Origin: Verrucomicrobiota bacterium
GTDB lineage: Bacteria > Verrucomicrobiota > Verrucomicrobiia > Limisphaerales > AAA164-E04
DNA length: 64,000 nucleotides
Direction of reading: 5' to 3'
NCBI GenBank assembly: GCA_047947115.1
Contig: CP170459.1
Location: 4,352,001 to 4,416,000, forward strand
Part shown: positions 60,733 to 64,000 of the stretch, one piece after another
How the letters are laid out: the number at the start of each line of letters is the position of its first letter
How positions within the stretch are numbered: position 1 is the first letter of the stretch
Notes under the pieces: model-generated
The model's database searches: none
What the model saw: only the letters and a program-made list of their open reading frames with translations
What the model was told of the DNA's origin: nothing
Made by a program: the position numbers and the translations under genes

Positions 60733-61389
60733 GGTAGGGACCTGCTGCTGCAGGTCCGCGAGCGCGCCAGAACATAAGAAAACCTGTGGCCTGATGCGGA
60801 AACAATGACGGACGGGTAGCAACCTGGGCGCAACCATTTCATTTGAAAACCTTTGGGACTTGCCTGCGTCCCTGGTATGCGCACCAAGTCCAAAGCGGCG
60901 ATGCTCGCCGCACTCCAGGGTGGCTTCATTGCAGAAGCCTGTGGAATTGGGAATCCATGCAGCTCCCCCCTTGCTTCGAGAGGTTCTCTGCATTACCAGA
61001 ATACGCCCTGACAGCATGCCATATTCAGTTTCGGAGGTCACAGGAGATGCGAACGAGGGGTTGCGTATTTGTTGGTTGTCCATAGGCTTTAAACCCGGCA
61101 ACAGGAAACCAAACATCATCACCCAACCCAGGCACAAATCTTTCGATCCATGGCCCTTGCCCAATTGGACAGAAAATCAGAAGCGCTGGATGCTTACCAT
61201 GTGGCATTATCGACCGCTGTTGAAAGAATGAATGCGACTGAAGACATGATCCAACGCTACTTCAGCGAGTGCACATCATTGTTGCAAGAAAAAGGATATT
61301 TATCAGCAGAATGAACCGCTCAAACTGAACATCAACACCCATGACACAAAAACTCCGCGCCTCTGCGTCTCGAGCGCAGCGGGCGTGAG
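60733..61389. repeat. Intergenic spacer with several REP-like palindromes
   Basis: GTAG + GGACCTGC-TGCT-GCAGGTCC (60734-60757); GCGGCGA-TGC-TCGCCGC followed by ACTCC (60895-60916); CTCCGCGCCTCTGCGTCTC motif (61353). Confidence 0.55.
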
Positions 61390-61398
61390 TTTTTTTAA

Positions 61399-62601
61399 TC
61401 AAACCCGAATAAAGATCTTCCGCCGATACATCCAGTACAACACCAACCAAAGCACCACCAACACCAAACCGCGCTGAAGCATGGGTTCATAAGTCTCCCC
61501 CATCCAAAGGAAGATATCGGGACTGATGTGACGTTTGAGATTATCCCTTACGAAACCGGCGCTCAACTGCCACATGCAATAAAGCGTGATGGGATTCAAC
61601 CCCGCCACCACAAACGGAAAGGCCCATTTTTTCAAGTGCAGGCATTCGATCAAGACCACAAAAAACGCCATCAACAAGCACACCCAACCGGCGCTGAACA
61701 AGGTCCATGAAGGCGTCCAGATACGTTTTACGATAGGACAAATCCCAGCCTGCTCCAGCACCACCCCGGACAACAAACCCATCAAACCAAACACCAGCAA
61801 CCACCGCACCTTGTTCCACATGGATGAGCTGTCCCGCATCATTTGCCCGGCCAACAGACCAAAGATCATGGTAGCGATGGACGGGATGAAGTTCAGCGTT
61901 TGATACCCGCCTCGATTGAACACAAAGGCCTCTTCGCGAGGAAACAAATTCAAAAACCACTGGTCGAAACGTGCCGCGAAATTGTAGTTCTTGTCCCAAT
62001 GGGCGGCAAAGCCGGTCAGATGAGGCCAATCCTCCGGCACTCCTACGGAGGACCAGTCAAAATCCGCTGGCGCCACGGGGTACCAGGCAAAAGCCAGACC
62101 AGAAACTATCAAGATCAAAAGAGCCGCTGACCACTGCATCCAGGTGCGGCCATGCGCAACAAGAAATAGAACCGGATATCCCAGCCCAATCTGGGCGAGC
62201 ACATTCGGAAACACCCATTCCGTTTGTTGACTCCAGGCGGAGGACAGAAAAACGGCCAGCAGCACCAACACCAGCGAACGAATCAAAGCATGGCGCCAGG
62301 ATTGCCAGAGAGTTTCCCCCCGGTTTCGTCGGTTGGCAATCGACCAGGGAAGCGCCACGCCCACCATGAACATGAAAGCGGGTTGAATCAAATCCCATAA
62401 AGTGCACCCAGCCCAGGCGGCATGTTCCGTATAAACACCCATAATTTGCCAAATCCTGCTGTCTGGAAACGCTTCTGCAATGCGCGGGATGGCCAATCCC
62501 CCGGAAGCCATGAGCAACATGATCGCCCCCCGAAACGCATCCAGCGAAACGAGCCGAACCGCCACCGGACGAGGTTGGGTTGTGGAATCCATACCCTTCA
62601 T
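61399..62601 (-). CDS. DUF5009 / HGSNAT (NagX-like) membrane acetyltransferase family protein
   Basis: RLVSLDAFRG, H..W.G....DLIQPAFMFMVG, VLAQIG, PIVKRIWTPSW and GLNPI; multiple TM segments. Start 62601 or 62592. Confidence 0.85.
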   Translation of the reverse strand: MKGMDSTTQPRPVAVRLVSLDAFRGAIMLLMASGGLAIPRIAEAFPDSRIWQIMGVYTEHAAWAGCTLWDLIQPAFMFMVGVALPWSIANRRNRGETLWQSWRHALIRSLVLVLLAVFLSSAWSQQTEWVFPNVLAQIGLGYPVLFLVAHGRTWMQWSAALLILIVSGLAFAWYPVAPADFDWSSVGVPEDWPHLTGFAAHWDKNYNFAARFDQWFLNLFPREEAFVFNRGGYQTLNFIPSIATMIFGLLAGQMMRDSSSMWNKVRWLLVFGLMGLLSGVVLEQAGICPIVKRIWTPSWTLFSAGWVCLLMAFFVVLIECLHLKKWAFPFVVAGLNPITLYCMWQLSAGFVRDNLKRHISPDIFLWMGETYEPMLQRGLVLVVLWLVLYWMYRRKIFIRV

Positions 62602-62926
62602 GTAAGGAAAGTCCCGAGAAAATACAATCCGATTCAATGCCAACAGAATGGAGGGCTTGGTTCCCCCCGAGCCCATCCTTCTCCATCGCCGCTTCCCCTA
62701 ACAACGGACGTGGAATGCGGACATCCTGTGGTTCTTGTCAGTCTAATGCCCTTCCATTGCAGCATGATATCAATTAGAAATCCCAGAAGGTCTATCGTAG
62801 ATTCAAAGTGTAATTTGACCCGGCATAAGTTCTCCATCGTTTAAACTTATTTCGAACTTTTTAGTGGCTCATATTTGCATTTATATGATAAATGACCTCC
62901 CCATGACCCTTGACTCAGGTAAATCA

Positions 62927-64000
62927 ATGACATTTTTTGACCATTCAAAACGCAAATTAAGACAAAGTTGGCAACGATTATTCACGTGGCTGCTCATGGC
63001 TGCCCCGTTCAGCCTGATGGCACAAGAGACATCTGCCATCGACACAGGCGACACCGCCTGGATCCTGGTATCAACTGCGCTCGTGTTGTTTATGAACATC
63101 CCGGGATTGGCCCTGTTTTATGCGGGATTGGTCAGAGGCAAGAACGTCCTTTCGGTTTTGATGCATTGTTTTGTGCTTACGGCGACCATGACCATCCTCT
63201 GGCTTGTTTGTGGCTATTCCCTCGCTTTCTCCACCTCTGGCATGGAGGCCAATACCACCAACATAAATTCGTTCATAGGGGGACTGGATCTGGCCATGCT
63301 CAAGGGCATCGATGGAACCACTACCGAAGGCACCATTCCAAAACTGCTGCACTTTGCGTTTCAGATGACCTTTTTCATCATCACCCCCGCCCTGATGGTG
63401 GGTGCCTTCGTGGAACGCATGAAATTTTCAGCCGTGTTGTGGTTCACCGCTCTTTGGAACATCATTGTCTACATCCCGATCTGCCATATGGTCTGGGGTG
63501 GCGCCGGAGGCTGGTTTGCTGACATGGGCGTGCAGGATTTTGCCGGTGGCATTGTCGTTCACATCACCGCAGGTGTCGGCGCGCTTGTCACATGTATTGT
63601 TCTTGGACCTCGCACAGGTTATCCTGCCAAACCGATGATGCCCCACAACCTGCCCATGACTGTTACGGGCGCTGCGATGCTGTGGGTCGGATGGTTTGGT
63701 TTCAACGGCGGCAGCGCACTGGGTGCCAACGGAGATGCAGCTTCAGCGCTGGTGGTGACACAAATTTCGGCAGCGGTAGCCACTCTGGTCTGGATGTTCA
63801 TAGAATGGTTCAAGCATGGCAGACCCAGCATGCTGGGCGCCGCCACGGGAGCCATCGCGGGACTGGCAGCAATCACGCCCGCTTCTGGAACAGTTGGCCC
63901 TGTCGGAGCGCTGGCCATCGGGACGATGTCTGGTTTCATCTGCTGGTGGGCTTCCACGGTGATCAAAAAGAAATTTGGCTACGACGATTCACTGGATGTA
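62927..64000 (+). CDS. amt: Ammonium transporter (3'-partial; absent from the ORF track because there is no stop in the window)
   Basis: Hand translation gives DTGDTAWILVSTALVLFMNIPGLALFYAGLVRGKNVLS, FQMTF, HMVWGG, QDFAGGIVVH, WVGWFGFNGGS, AGLAAITPA and YDDSLDV. Alternative start at 62903. Confidence 0.95.
   Translation, partial: MTFFDHSKRKLRQSWQRLFTWLLMAAPFSLMAQETSAIDTGDTAWILVSTALVLFMNIPGLALFYAGLVRGKNVLSVLMHCFVLTATMTILWLVCGYSLAFSTSGMEANTTNINSFIGGLDLAMLKGIDGTTTEGTIPKLLHFAFQMTFFIITPALMVGAFVERMKFSAVLWFTALWNIIVYIPICHMVWGGAGGWFADMGVQDFAGGIVVHITAGVGALVTCIVLGPRTGYPAKPMMPHNLPMTVTGAAMLWVGWFGFNGGSALGANGDAASALVVTQISAAVATLVWMFIEWFKHGRPSMLGAATGAIAGLAAITPASGTVGPVGALAIGTMSGFICWWASTVIKKKFGYDDSLDV

Noticed and set aside
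60451..61231. ORFs of 120-237 aa in the cotH-DUF5009 spacer
   Set aside because: They are built from palindromic repeat sequence and antisense cotH, and show no protein-like features.
62865..62879. TGGCTCATATTTGCA upstream of amt as a sigma-54 promoter
   Set aside because: GG-to-GC spacing is 9 nt rather than the required 10, despite the plausible nitrogen context.

Overview
This is a moderately GC-rich, gene-dense bacterial chromosome segment. It most likely comes from Verrucomicrobiota or another PVC lineage, inferred from two PSD1/cytochrome-c + DUF1501 pairs, DUF1080, CotH, a sulfatase, a stand-alone GlmU acetyltransferase half and FYR-type C-terminal domains. Housekeeping genes include pfk, ilvD, gcvP, acs, a DinG-family helicase, sppA, an M24 peptidase, hemL, ruvX, a partial amt and tRNA-Leu(GAG). 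The window also carries an ECF sigma/anti-sigma/PDZ operon, a flippase-GT2 fusion, a large Ig/beta-propeller surface protein, a surface-polysaccharide cluster with a WbpB-WbpD-type fusion, and several secreted hydrolases. No CRISPR array, rRNA, prophage, integrase or autonomous transposase was seen. The most unusual signals are: (1) two ~150-bp inverted-repeat elements at 9.7-10.6 kb, one carrying a nested 159-bp element with its own TIRs and a target duplication; (2) two gap-free 149-bp inverted copies bracketing ilvD; (3) a shared C-terminal 'FYR' domain in three exported-type proteins, apparently circularly permuted in one; (4) a protease-less PDZ protein encoded next to an anti-sigma factor that ends in a PDZ-ligand-like tail. 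All family calls are by eye; no database searches were run.
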